Both the position numbers and the translations under genes were made by a program. A DNA stretch of 64,000 bases, taken from Candidatus Saccharimonadota bacterium (lineage in GTDB: Bacteria; Patescibacteriota; Saccharimonadia; UBA4664). This document shows positions 37,629 through 45,572 of the stretch, one piece after another. The notes below the pieces were generated by a model that was not told the DNA's origin, searched no databases, and saw nothing but the letters and a program-made list of their open reading frames with translations. The stretch's first letter is position 1, and each line of letters begins with the position of its first letter. Location: NCBI GenBank assembly GCA_019352195.1, contig JACAFG010000002.1, forward strand, positions 19,120 to 83,119, given 5' to 3'.

Positions 37629-38513
37629 ATGCCTGAAGGACCGGAGGTAGAAACAATTCGGCGTGGACTCGAGCTGGGGATTGTTGGGGAAACAATCGCC
37701 GGAGTTGAGGTGCTGTGGCAAAAAAGCTTTGATGTACCAATAGTGTTTACCGAGCAGTATGTGGTGGGCGCCCAGGTTACGCATTTGGCGCGTCGTGCCA
37801 AAGTGCTGATGATTGAGCTATCGAGTGGCTATACCATGCTGGTTCATCTTAAAATGACGGGGCAAATGGTGCTGGTCAAACGTGACGGCGAGCGGTTTGC
37901 CGGCGGTCACCCTAGTGAGAGTACGCGTTCGGAATTACCCGACCGATCAAGCAAAGTGGTGTTTGACTTTGCCTCGGGTGACAAGCTGTTTTTTAATGAC
38001 TTTCGCAAATTTGGCTGGATCAAGCTCGTTCTTACTAGCGAAGTTGAATTGGACCCGTTGGTGGCGCGGCTGGGGCCTGAGGCGCTGAGCCCAGAGTTTA
38101 CGCCCGAATATTTTCAATCTCAACTTGATCGTCATAAGCGGGCGCCAATAAAACCCGTGATTTTGGATCAGAGTACGGTGGGCGGAATTGGCAATATTTA
38201 TGCTGATGAAAGTTTGCATTTAGCCCGAATTCACCCTCAAAGACTCGCGGGTAGCCTCACTAAGACCGAATCAAGTCGGCTGCATGCTGCCATCCGCGAA
38301 ATTATTGCTTTAGGTATAGAGCACGGGGGCACGAGCTTTTCGCGCTATGTAAACGCTTTGGGCGGCAAGGGCGATTATTTGGAGCATGCCAGAGTTTTTC
38401 GGCGTGACGGCGAGACATGCCCGGTGCATCCAGAAATCGAGATCATTAAGTTTAAAGTTGCCGGTCGGGGGACTCACATCTGCCCGAAATGTCAGAAGCT
38501 GACGGCGATATGA
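37629..38513 (+). CDS. mutM: formamidopyrimidine-DNA glycosylase (Fpg/Nei family)
   Basis: N-terminal MPEGPEVET and C-terminal zinc finger CPVHPEIEIIKFKVAGRGTHICPKCQ. Confidence 0.85.
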   Translation: MPEGPEVETIRRGLELGIVGETIAGVEVLWQKSFDVPIVFTEQYVVGAQVTHLARRAKVLMIELSSGYTMLVHLKMTGQMVLVKRDGERFAGGHPSESTRSELPDRSSKVVFDFASGDKLFFNDFRKFGWIKLVLTSEVELDPLVARLGPEALSPEFTPEYFQSQLDRHKRAPIKPVILDQSTVGGIGNIYADESLHLARIHPQRLAGSLTKTESSRLHAAIREIIALGIEHGGTSFSRYVNALGGKGDYLEHARVFRRDGETCPVHPEIEIIKFKVAGRGTHICPKCQKLTAI

Positions 38514-39451
38514 CCTTCTTTTTTTATGGGTCAAACGTCTACGCGCTGCGCCAACAGCTTACCAAAATGATGGCCGAGTACCGCAAGCGTACGGGTAGCG
38601 ATTTTGGCCTTGAGCGGTTCGATGGTTCAACCATCAAGCCAAGGGAACTCACGGCTAGTCTGCAGGCCGCGCCGTTTTTGGCGACGAGCCGGCTCGTGAT
38701 TGTTGAAAACCTGGGCGCAAATAGAGCCAATTTCAAGATTGATGAGCTGTTTGGTTCGGTGCCAAACTCGACCGTCGCCATCTTTGTAGAGTCGCAGGTC
38801 GACCGGCGGACAAATTTATTCAAAGATTTGGGGGCGGCCGACCGAGTGGTGGAATTTAAGCCGCTCACCGGCTCCGCGCTTGCCAGCTGGATTGCGTCCG
38901 AGGCCAAACGGCTCGACGGGACCATTGACCGGGCGGCCACCCAGGAGTTAATTGAACTCGTCGGCGAGGATCAGTGGCGCTTGGCTGAAGAATTAAATAA
39001 ACTCGTCAATTACAAACCTGATATCAGCAAAGATACGGTGCGTCAGTTAGTGGTGGCAGGCGTGGAGCAATCTATTTTTGATTTAGTCGACGCTATGGCG
39101 AGTGGCCGGACGGCGGCGGCGCTGGCGGCGTATCGAAATCTCCTTGATCGGCGAGAGAATGAAATTTATATCTTAACGATGGTTCAGTGGCAGCTGCGTA
39201 ACCTGCTGTGGGGTGTTATGGCGCCGCCTGAGCTTACCCAAGGCGAACTAGCTAAGGCGGCAGGCCTGAGTCCGTTTGTGGCCGGAAAAGTGCTCGGAGC
39301 GCGAAATCGGCATCCTGGTGGCCGTATTGAGGCGGCCTACATTGCGGCCAGTGAGGCCGAGTTTGACGTTAAAACCGGTCGTACCAAGGCTGAAACGGCC
39401 GTTGAGCAGCTTATTTATCGGGTGTCTGAGTCAGTAGCCCAAAAGCGGTAA
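38510..39451 (+). CDS. holA: DNA polymerase III delta subunit
   Basis: Start MTFFFYGSNVYALRQ (ATGA overlap with fpg), delta N-terminal domain, 313 aa. Six-frame ORF starts at 38489. Confidence 0.6.
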   Translation: MTFFFYGSNVYALRQQLTKMMAEYRKRTGSDFGLERFDGSTIKPRELTASLQAAPFLATSRLVIVENLGANRANFKIDELFGSVPNSTVAIFVESQVDRRTNLFKDLGAADRVVEFKPLTGSALASWIASEAKRLDGTIDRAATQELIELVGEDQWRLAEELNKLVNYKPDISKDTVRQLVVAGVEQSIFDLVDAMASGRTAAALAAYRNLLDRRENEIYILTMVQWQLRNLLWGVMAPPELTQGELAKAAGLSPFVAGKVLGARNRHPGGRIEAAYIAASEAEFDVKTGRTKAETAVEQLIYRVSESVAQKR

Positions 39452-39478
39452 TAGTTACTTGCGACGCTGGCGGACGGT

Positions 39479-39694
39479 TTAGTAGCCATTTTCTTGGTCG
39501 GCTTCTTGGATTTCTTCGAGGAGCATTTCCAAATCACTGGCCTGTTGTGTCACCTGACGTAGTTCGCCTTTGGCCAGCCAGGCGTTGCCCGGCACGGTGG
39601 CGTGGTCGCGCAAACGACTGAGCCGGTTGCTCATATCTTCGAGCAAATCGACAAGTTTTGCGCGTAGAGGATCAATGGGAGGTGGTTTAGCCAT
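39479..39694 (-). CDS. hypothetical small protein (71 aa)
   Basis: Helical, acidic C-terminus. No RBS seen. Confidence 0.3.
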   Translation of the reverse strand: MAKPPPIDPLRAKLVDLLEDMSNRLSRLRDHATVPGNAWLAKGELRQVTQQASDLEMLLEEIQEADQENGY

Positions 39695-39738
39695 GGTTTA
39701 AGATTGCCACGTTGTGGAGCCCGGAGCAATGAGAACGG

Positions 39739-40350
39739 CTAAAGTTTGGTGGCGCTGGCGGCGGTGTAGGTACGATTTTGGCCGAGCTTATGATAATTAC
39801 CGAACCTTTGGGTGAGATGGCGTTTCATGTAGTCTTTGAGGCCCGCAATGGTGACGACAACCAGAGTGCCGCCTGGTTTTAGTTGGGCATCGGCGTCTTC
39901 GAGAAAGATCTGCAACTGTTCAGAGCCAATTTTGGCAGGAATATTAGACACAATAAGGTCGAATTTGAGATCGGACGCGACATTGCTAAATCCGTTTGAA
40001 AGGTAGGCCCTAGCATTGGGGAGGTGGTTGAGCTGGGCATTCTTGTTGGCATATTCAACCGCCACAAAATCCTTATCCACGAGGTGCGTTTGACCCTGTG
40101 GCGCTAATTTTGCGAGTAATAAGCCTAATGGGCCGTAGCCACAGCCGAGGTCGAGGCAATCATCGGTTGGTTTTACGTCCAGGTTATTGGCCAGCAAATA
40201 CGTACCTTCATCAACCCCGCGAGGGCTAAAAAGGCCCCAAGTACTCGTAAAGTTCAACAGTTGATCCTGTAACGTGGCATCAAAAACCAGATCGGCGCGG
40301 ATAGCACCGTCTGGTGTTTTGAGGGCTTGGCGTTTTGCGTTGGTAGCCAT
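39739..40350 (-). CDS. class I SAM-dependent methyltransferase, MTS (RsmC/RsmD-like rRNA N2-G methyltransferase) family
   Basis: FSPRGVDEGTYLL, LDLGCGYGPLG, VSNIP motifs. Confidence 0.55.
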   Translation of the reverse strand: MATNAKRQALKTPDGAIRADLVFDATLQDQLLNFTSTWGLFSPRGVDEGTYLLANNLDVKPTDDCLDLGCGYGPLGLLLAKLAPQGQTHLVDKDFVAVEYANKNAQLNHLPNARAYLSNGFSNVASDLKFDLIVSNIPAKIGSEQLQIFLEDADAQLKPGGTLVVVTIAGLKDYMKRHLTQRFGNYHKLGQNRTYTAASATKL

Positions 40351-40381
40351 ACAGCAAGAGAGGCTCTCGGCGAGCCTCTAG

Positions 40382-40801
40382 TTACTTCTTGTCGTCGGTC
40401 TTGGCAGCAGCTTTAGGAGCAGCTTTTTTGGCTGGGGCTTTTTTAGCTACTGGAGCCTTGGCGGCGGGGGCTTTCTTAGTCGTGGCCTTTTTGGCACCGG
40501 CACCAGCACCCTTGGTGGTTTTGGCTTCGACTACAGGAGCATCACCGGTAATCTTGGCAACAGCCGCGGCGAGCTGACTCTTACGCCTAGCAGCAGTATT
40601 TTTGTGCAAGGTGTGCTTTTTTACAGCACGATCGATCTCGGAGTAGGCAGCGGCTAACATTTCGTCGACGTGCTCACCGGTTTCGATAGCGTTGTGTACG
40701 GCCAGAACATCGGCCTTCACGGCGCGCTTGGTCTGAAGGTTGCGGCTGCGGCGTGTGAGCGACTGCTTAGCTCGCTTAATAGCTGATTTGATGATGGGCA
40801 T
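40382..40801 (-). CDS. rpsT: 30S ribosomal protein S20 with a roughly 55-aa Ala/Lys/Pro-rich C-terminal extension
   Basis: MPIIKSAIKRAKQSLTRRSRN... S20 core (about 85 aa) followed by KGAGAGAKKATTKKAPAAKAPVAKKAPAKKAAPKAAAKTDDKK. Confidence 0.85.
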   Translation of the reverse strand: MPIIKSAIKRAKQSLTRRSRNLQTKRAVKADVLAVHNAIETGEHVDEMLAAAYSEIDRAVKKHTLHKNTAARRKSQLAAAVAKITGDAPVVEAKTTKGAGAGAKKATTKKAPAAKAPVAKKAPAKKAAPKAAAKTDDKK

Positions 40802-41004
40802 AGAAAACCTTTAGGATTAGTTGCTATCTGGTAACTTAGATACAGATCGGCGCACCTGGCGCCAAATACCCTAGGACTATACCTGAAACTGAGCTTGGTG
40901 TAAAGCAAATATAAGAGATTATATCCTAAGCATAAGCGTAACTATTGACTTTTTAGGTTAAACAGTGTATATTCATACATTGATTAACTATTAAAGGGTA
41001 CTGC

Positions 41005-42168
41005 GTGGACCTAACTCCCAAACAACAGACGTCTGAGGCGATTCGCCAAGCCGAAACGATTCTTATCACTACTGGACAGCGCCCAAATGTTGACCAGGTA
41101 GCCGCGACGTTGTCGATGGCCGCTATTTTGCGTAAATTCGGCAAAAAGGTAAGTGTTATTATCTCCGATCAGCTGCCGGGCCCGGCTCAGTGGCTTGATA
41201 CCAAAGGTGTAGATTCGCGCCTCAGCGGCTTGCGAGATTTTATCCTAAAGGTAAATACTACTAAGGTTGAAGTCGATAGCCTCCGTTATGAGCCCGATGG
41301 CGATCATCTCAAAATTTACATAACGCCGTTTGCGGGTGGTTTTGCACCGAGCGACGTGACGTTTGATTATGGCGATTTCCATTACGATTTGGCGATTATT
41401 TTGGGTGTGCCGCAGCGCAACCGAATTGATAAGGTCTATACCGAGCACGCCGCTATTTTTGCGAGCATTCCGGTCGTTAACATCGATTTTCATCGTATCA
41501 ACGAGAGCTATGGAGCCATCAACTTAATTGAGCCAACGGCTTCGAGTATTTCGGAAATGCTGGTTGCAACGAGCGAAAGCTTACAAACTGGCCTGATTGA
41601 TGCTGACATTGCTACCATGATGCTTGGCGGAATTATGGCCGCGACTGATCGTTTTACGGCGCCCCACACGACGAGCAAAAGTCTAACAGTGGCGGCTCAG
41701 ATGATGGCCGCTGGTGCCGATCAGCAGGCAGTGGTTCGTGGTCTGTACGGCGGCCGTGCCGACGGCCCGCGGAGCAATGATTCTAATCGTCCAACGCGAC
41801 CCGACGGCGCGAGTGGTCCGTTTCCGGCCAAAACTCCGGCCGCAGCTCCCTCGGCTCCTGCTGCCCAAAGTCAGCCAGTAGTAGCCCCAGCACCGGCTCC
41901 AGCTTCAGTCCCGGCCCAAGCGCCTACCGAAGCTAAACCAAGCGACGAAGTACGTTTGCCACAGGATTATCAGCCGAGCGACGAATCGGCGCCGGTAGAA
42001 CCGTTGATTGAGCCCGATCATATTGAGCTGATGAGCGCGGCAATGGCCCACGACGAATCGGCGGACGTCGAGCTGCCAACCGCCGCTCCGGTACTGCCAA
42101 TGGCAGATTTCTCGGCGGCCGCTGAAATCTTGCGTAACCGAATTGAGCCCGAGCCAACTCAGGCCTAA
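41005..42168 (+). CDS. DHH/DHHA1-fold (NrnA-like) protein with degenerate catalytic motifs and a Pro/Ala-rich C-terminal tail
   Basis: Collinear with NrnA, but DHH motifs are altered (ILITTGQRPNVDQVAATLS for HxxPDgDalGS, IDFH for DHH, LGGI for GGGH). C-terminal roughly 130 aa low-complexity PAAAPSAPAAQ... Confidence 0.4.
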   Translation: MDLTPKQQTSEAIRQAETILITTGQRPNVDQVAATLSMAAILRKFGKKVSVIISDQLPGPAQWLDTKGVDSRLSGLRDFILKVNTTKVEVDSLRYEPDGDHLKIYITPFAGGFAPSDVTFDYGDFHYDLAIILGVPQRNRIDKVYTEHAAIFASIPVVNIDFHRINESYGAINLIEPTASSISEMLVATSESLQTGLIDADIATMMLGGIMAATDRFTAPHTTSKSLTVAAQMMAAGADQQAVVRGLYGGRADGPRSNDSNRPTRPDGASGPFPAKTPAAAPSAPAAQSQPVVAPAPAPASVPAQAPTEAKPSDEVRLPQDYQPSDESAPVEPLIEPDHIELMSAAMAHDESADVELPTAAPVLPMADFSAAAEILRNRIEPEPTQA

Positions 42169-42199
42169 CAATTTGCTAATCCGCGCTATACTGGAGGCC

Positions 42200-42868
42200 A
42201 TGAACGGCCTCCTTTTAGTTAATAAACCAATTGGCATAACCAGCTTTGATATCATCCGGACACTGCGCCGGGTTGGACCAGAGCAAAAAATTGGCCATGC
42301 CGGTACGCTCGATCCGTTAGCAAGCGGGCTGATGCTGTTGCTATTTGGTACGGCGTGTAAGCAGGCCCAGACTTTGAGCGGACTTGATAAGCGTTATGTG
42401 GCACAAATTACCTTGGGTGCTACGTCGACGACGGGCGACAATGAAGGCGAGAAAACTCCTGTTTCTAGTTTAGTTCCCGATCTGGCAGCGGTCCAAGAGG
42501 TGGTAGCCAAGCTACAAGGGGTACTGCGGCAGACGCCGTCTCAGTATTCGGCCATAAAAATTGATGGCAAAGAAGCTTATAAGTACGCTCGAGCTGGAAA
42601 AATTGTCGAAATGCCGAGCCGGGAAGTGACGATTTATGAGTCAATTATTGAAAAGTATAACTATCCAGTTATTGAACTAAATGCCAAAGTATCGAGCGGA
42701 ACCTATATTAGGAGCTTAGCGGAAGATATGGGGACTGAGCTCGCCTCCGGAGCCTATTTAAGCGGGTTGGTACGGGTTGAAGTGGGCAAGTACCATTTGG
42801 ACGAGGCCCTGACGCTCGATGAATTTGATGCGCCAGCGGTAATTGAGCAGCATTTGCTCGAGTTGTAA
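42200..42868 (+). CDS. truB: tRNA pseudouridine(55) synthase
   Basis: MNGLLLVNKPIGITSFD...GHAGTLDPLASG. Six-frame ORF starts at 42143 (TTG). ATG 42200 matches the canonical TruB N-terminus. Confidence 0.8.
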   Translation: MNGLLLVNKPIGITSFDIIRTLRRVGPEQKIGHAGTLDPLASGLMLLLFGTACKQAQTLSGLDKRYVAQITLGATSTTGDNEGEKTPVSSLVPDLAAVQEVVAKLQGVLRQTPSQYSAIKIDGKEAYKYARAGKIVEMPSREVTIYESIIEKYNYPVIELNAKVSSGTYIRSLAEDMGTELASGAYLSGLVRVEVGKYHLDEALTLDEFDAPAVIEQHLLEL

Positions 42869-43004
42869 ATTGACTTTTGAGCTTAAATCTTCTATTTTCA
42901 TCATTAACTCCAACTGCTGATTCAAAAATTCACCAGCGGGAGTTGCATAAAATTTGCCCGTGTTCACGCCTAGTGATCTCCGCCGATTGGTGGAAAGGCA
43001 ATTC

Positions 43005-43315
43005 ATGAGTGAAATATCGGAGCCTCCTGGGGCGAGCTCATCTCGCCGCCTAAGAGGCAGGTTTGGCGTTGGTACGTCGGGATAGCGCTGGTGCTAGCAG
43101 CAGCGGCGTTCATCGTCTTGATGCGAATGTATTCGGTCACGGCCGGGCGTTGGGCTACGGTGGTGGTGTTTGCACAGCTCACGTTGCTCGCCTGGCATTG
43201 GTTTGCCACCACATCTCGGCCCCATTACGGTCGCCTGGTGGCGTTTCTGAGCTTATTCATCATGAGCGCTGTGTTGGCGCTTATTGCAGGGTTCAGCTTG
43301 CTCGGGGTAATTTAG
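43005..43315 (+). CDS. possible small membrane protein; the start region may contain a frameshift
   Basis: The hydrophobic ORF 43091..43315 lacks an ATG. An upstream ATG at 43005 with a ggaaagg RBS is in another frame. Confidence 0.25.
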
Positions 43316-43470
43316 GCCGAGACGTTCGGGCAACAAATTGTCGTCGGCCGGAGTGAAAACTTCGGCCGACGGCCTCACATTTGTTCCATTATCTGATAAT
43401 GTGGCTGGTGCGAGGTTTTTTGACCTCCGAGTTCACTCATCGATCTTCGACAACCTAGATAGGACTAGCT

Positions 43471-43785
43471 GTGACCGACCCATTAGATGATTGGCGTTTT
43501 ATCCTTGCTAGCACCGAGCATGTCAGCGTCGTGCTTGGGACCGACCGTGTCACCCTGACCTATTCACCGGCCAGGAAAATATTGGTGGTGGCCATCGATT
43601 CGGACAGCCGTAATGCTGTGACGGTGAGGGTATACTCCACCTTTCCAAGCGCAAAAACCCCGACCGAGCCGATCGCGACCGGCGTGGTGGATAATCGCAT
43701 GACGCGATTGACGCTGCCCTCAGATTTCGGGCGACGTCATATCGAGCACCTGAAACTTGTGATAGGCGCAGACGAAATCGAGTAG
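43471..43785 (+). CDS. hypothetical protein (104 aa)
   Basis: Protein-like ORF. No motif recognised. Confidence 0.4.
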   Translation: MTDPLDDWRFILASTEHVSVVLGTDRVTLTYSPARKILVVAIDSDSRNAVTVRVYSTFPSAKTPTEPIATGVVDNRMTRLTLPSDFGRRHIEHLKLVIGADEIE

Positions 43786-43807
43786 TGTCCTCGCGCTTTC
43801 AGCGAGT

Positions 43808-44170
43808 TTGGCCTACCAATCAGATTGGAGTTACCAGATGGACAAAACAAGCTCCCAAGCGAGTCCTGCACCTGTCAAAGCCGAGAAAGCTCCCATTTGG
43901 TGGCCCAAAGAGCGCTCGCTGCGGGCGCGTAATGTGCTGATGGCCATGTGGCTGCTGCTTTGGCTGACGGCGTGTCTTGCTAGCCGGCAGACGCTCGTTG
44001 AGGCATGGCTCGTGGTAGCGCTGTTTGCCGGCGTTATTCCGCCATTTTTGCTTGAACGGCACAACCAAACGTTGGCATCTCAGCGGCGCGCGACCTTGTG
44101 GTACGTCTCGGTGTGCGGTCTCGTGGCCGTGGCGGGGAGCGTGCTGATTGTTGCGGTTTCGCATAGGTAA
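43808..44170 (+). CDS. hypothetical membrane protein (2 TM)
   Basis: LMAMWLLLWLTACLA and WLVVALFAGVIPPFLL helices. Followed by terminator hairpin ccgccgacc-N15-ggtcggcgg (44189..44221). Confidence 0.45.
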   Translation: MAYQSDWSYQMDKTSSQASPAPVKAEKAPIWWPKERSLRARNVLMAMWLLLWLTACLASRQTLVEAWLVVALFAGVIPPFLLERHNQTLASQRRATLWYVSVCGLVAVAGSVLIVAVSHR

Positions 44171-44309
44171 GAGCCGCTTGTTTTACCGCCGACCGAGGCT
44201 AAATACCTTGGTCGGCGGGCCCGACTTTCATTTCAAGCGTAAACGGTTTGAAGTAAGAGCAGGGTAGTGACTTGCATATGTTGCTCAAATCTGATAGTAT
44301 TCTGGAGTT

Positions 44310-44576
44310 ATGTTGAAACCAGAAGCCAAAACTAAGGTTATCAATGGGTTGCAGACCCACAAGCAGGACACCGGATCACCGGAAGTTCAGGTTGGTATTT
44401 TTACGGCCCAAATTAAGAGCCTCACTACGCACCTACAAGAGCACAAGAAAGACGAGCACTCTCGTCGCGGTTTGCTGAAGATGGTAAGTAAGCGTCGTCG
44501 TTTGCTCGACTACTTGGCTAAGAAAGATATCAACCGTTATCAGGAAGTGCTGAAGAAGCTCGAACTTCGCCGCTAA
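44310..44576 (+). CDS. rpsO: 30S ribosomal protein S15
   Basis: 88 aa. [21 protein letters not shown]...[18 protein letters not shown]. Confidence 0.9.
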   Translation: MLKPEAKTKVINGLQTHKQDTGSPEVQVGIFTAQIKSLTTHLQEHKKDEHSRRGLLKMVSKRRRLLDYLAKKDINRYQEVLKKLELRR

Positions 44577-44705
44577 TTTCTGCCAGAGGGTCGGCTGTAA
44601 GGTCGGCCCTTCTGCTTTTGCGCAATTACTTCACGCCTCGGATCCGGTAGGTTGATCCAAAGCGCGAGGCAATTGCCCCGCGTTCCTAGTGATTGGACCT
44701 TTGAG

Positions 44706-45007
44706 ATGACTGACGCCAGTGCGTTCGTAACCGTTACGCCGCTACAGCAATACCCCGGATTTATCGTGCTCAAGTCAGGTGTGAAGTAGTCCACGCTATT
44801 TGGAGCGGCGATACGGCGGACGCGGACTTTTCCAGAGGAATTGGGGGTATCAACTACAAGCTGCGGCTCGCAGCTAAGCGTGCCGGTGGTAATGCAGTTC
44901 TGGGCGTCAACTACAGCTTTACGATCGCCGCCTTTAGATTGCGAGTCGTGGGCTACGGCGCGGCCGTATGGCTGGATGAGATCACGCCGATCCCCAGTGC
45001 GACATAA
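44706..45007 (+). pseudogene. YbjQ/UPF0145-family gene with an in-frame TAG (44787) and a downstream frameshift
   Basis: MTDASAFVTVTPLQQYPGFIVLKSGVK* aligns to the YbjQ N-terminus. The remainder (…GIGGINYKLRLAAKRAGGNAVLGVNYSFTIAAF…VVGYGAAVWL) lies in another frame. Confidence 0.45.
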
Positions 45008-45052
45008 CCTTTCGTCAACCGATAACCCTTCGAACCCGAGACGGGGTAAAGG

Positions 45053-45337
45053 ATGAGTAACAGTGTGGTGATATTACCCGACGTCCGGGGTGTCGTGGTA
45101 ACCAAACTGCAACAACTGCCCGGTCGGGCGGTATTCGCGGTTTTTGACCCGCTGCTTATGGTGCATGTCCACAACTTCCACGATCCCGTAGCGGGGTTGA
45201 AGAAGATGATGGACGAGCTCAAACGCGAAGTTGTGCGCCTCGGCGGCAACGCGGTACTGGGCTTCACCCACGAAATCGTGGTACACCGCGGCAACATCGA
45301 CTATTTTGGTTCGGGCGTGGTGGTGACGCTTGACTGA
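45053..45337 (+). CDS. YbjQ/UPF0145-family protein (intact paralog)
   Basis: …ELKREVVRLGGNAVLGFTHEIVVHRGNIDYFGSGVVVTLD matches the YbjQ C-terminal half (GANAVVG…GTAV). Confidence 0.5.
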   Translation: MSNSVVILPDVRGVVVTKLQQLPGRAVFAVFDPLLMVHVHNFHDPVAGLKKMMDELKREVVRLGGNAVLGFTHEIVVHRGNIDYFGSGVVVTLD

Positions 45338-45572
45338 TCGTTCGTGATTTTCGTCCCATTCTGTCGCTGACGCCTCAGGATGGGACGCCCACCCAAGGCC
45401 GCAAGCTCGTGCTTATTGCCTTAGGTAGGTCGACAGTCTGTTATAATTACTGCGCAACACATCCAGGTAACTGGTGTGACCGAACTCGTGAGTGTTAGAG
45501 CGAGAGTAATCGATAAAAAATCGATTATTTTACCCTGGTACGAACTTTCGTCACATCATAGAAGGACAATTT

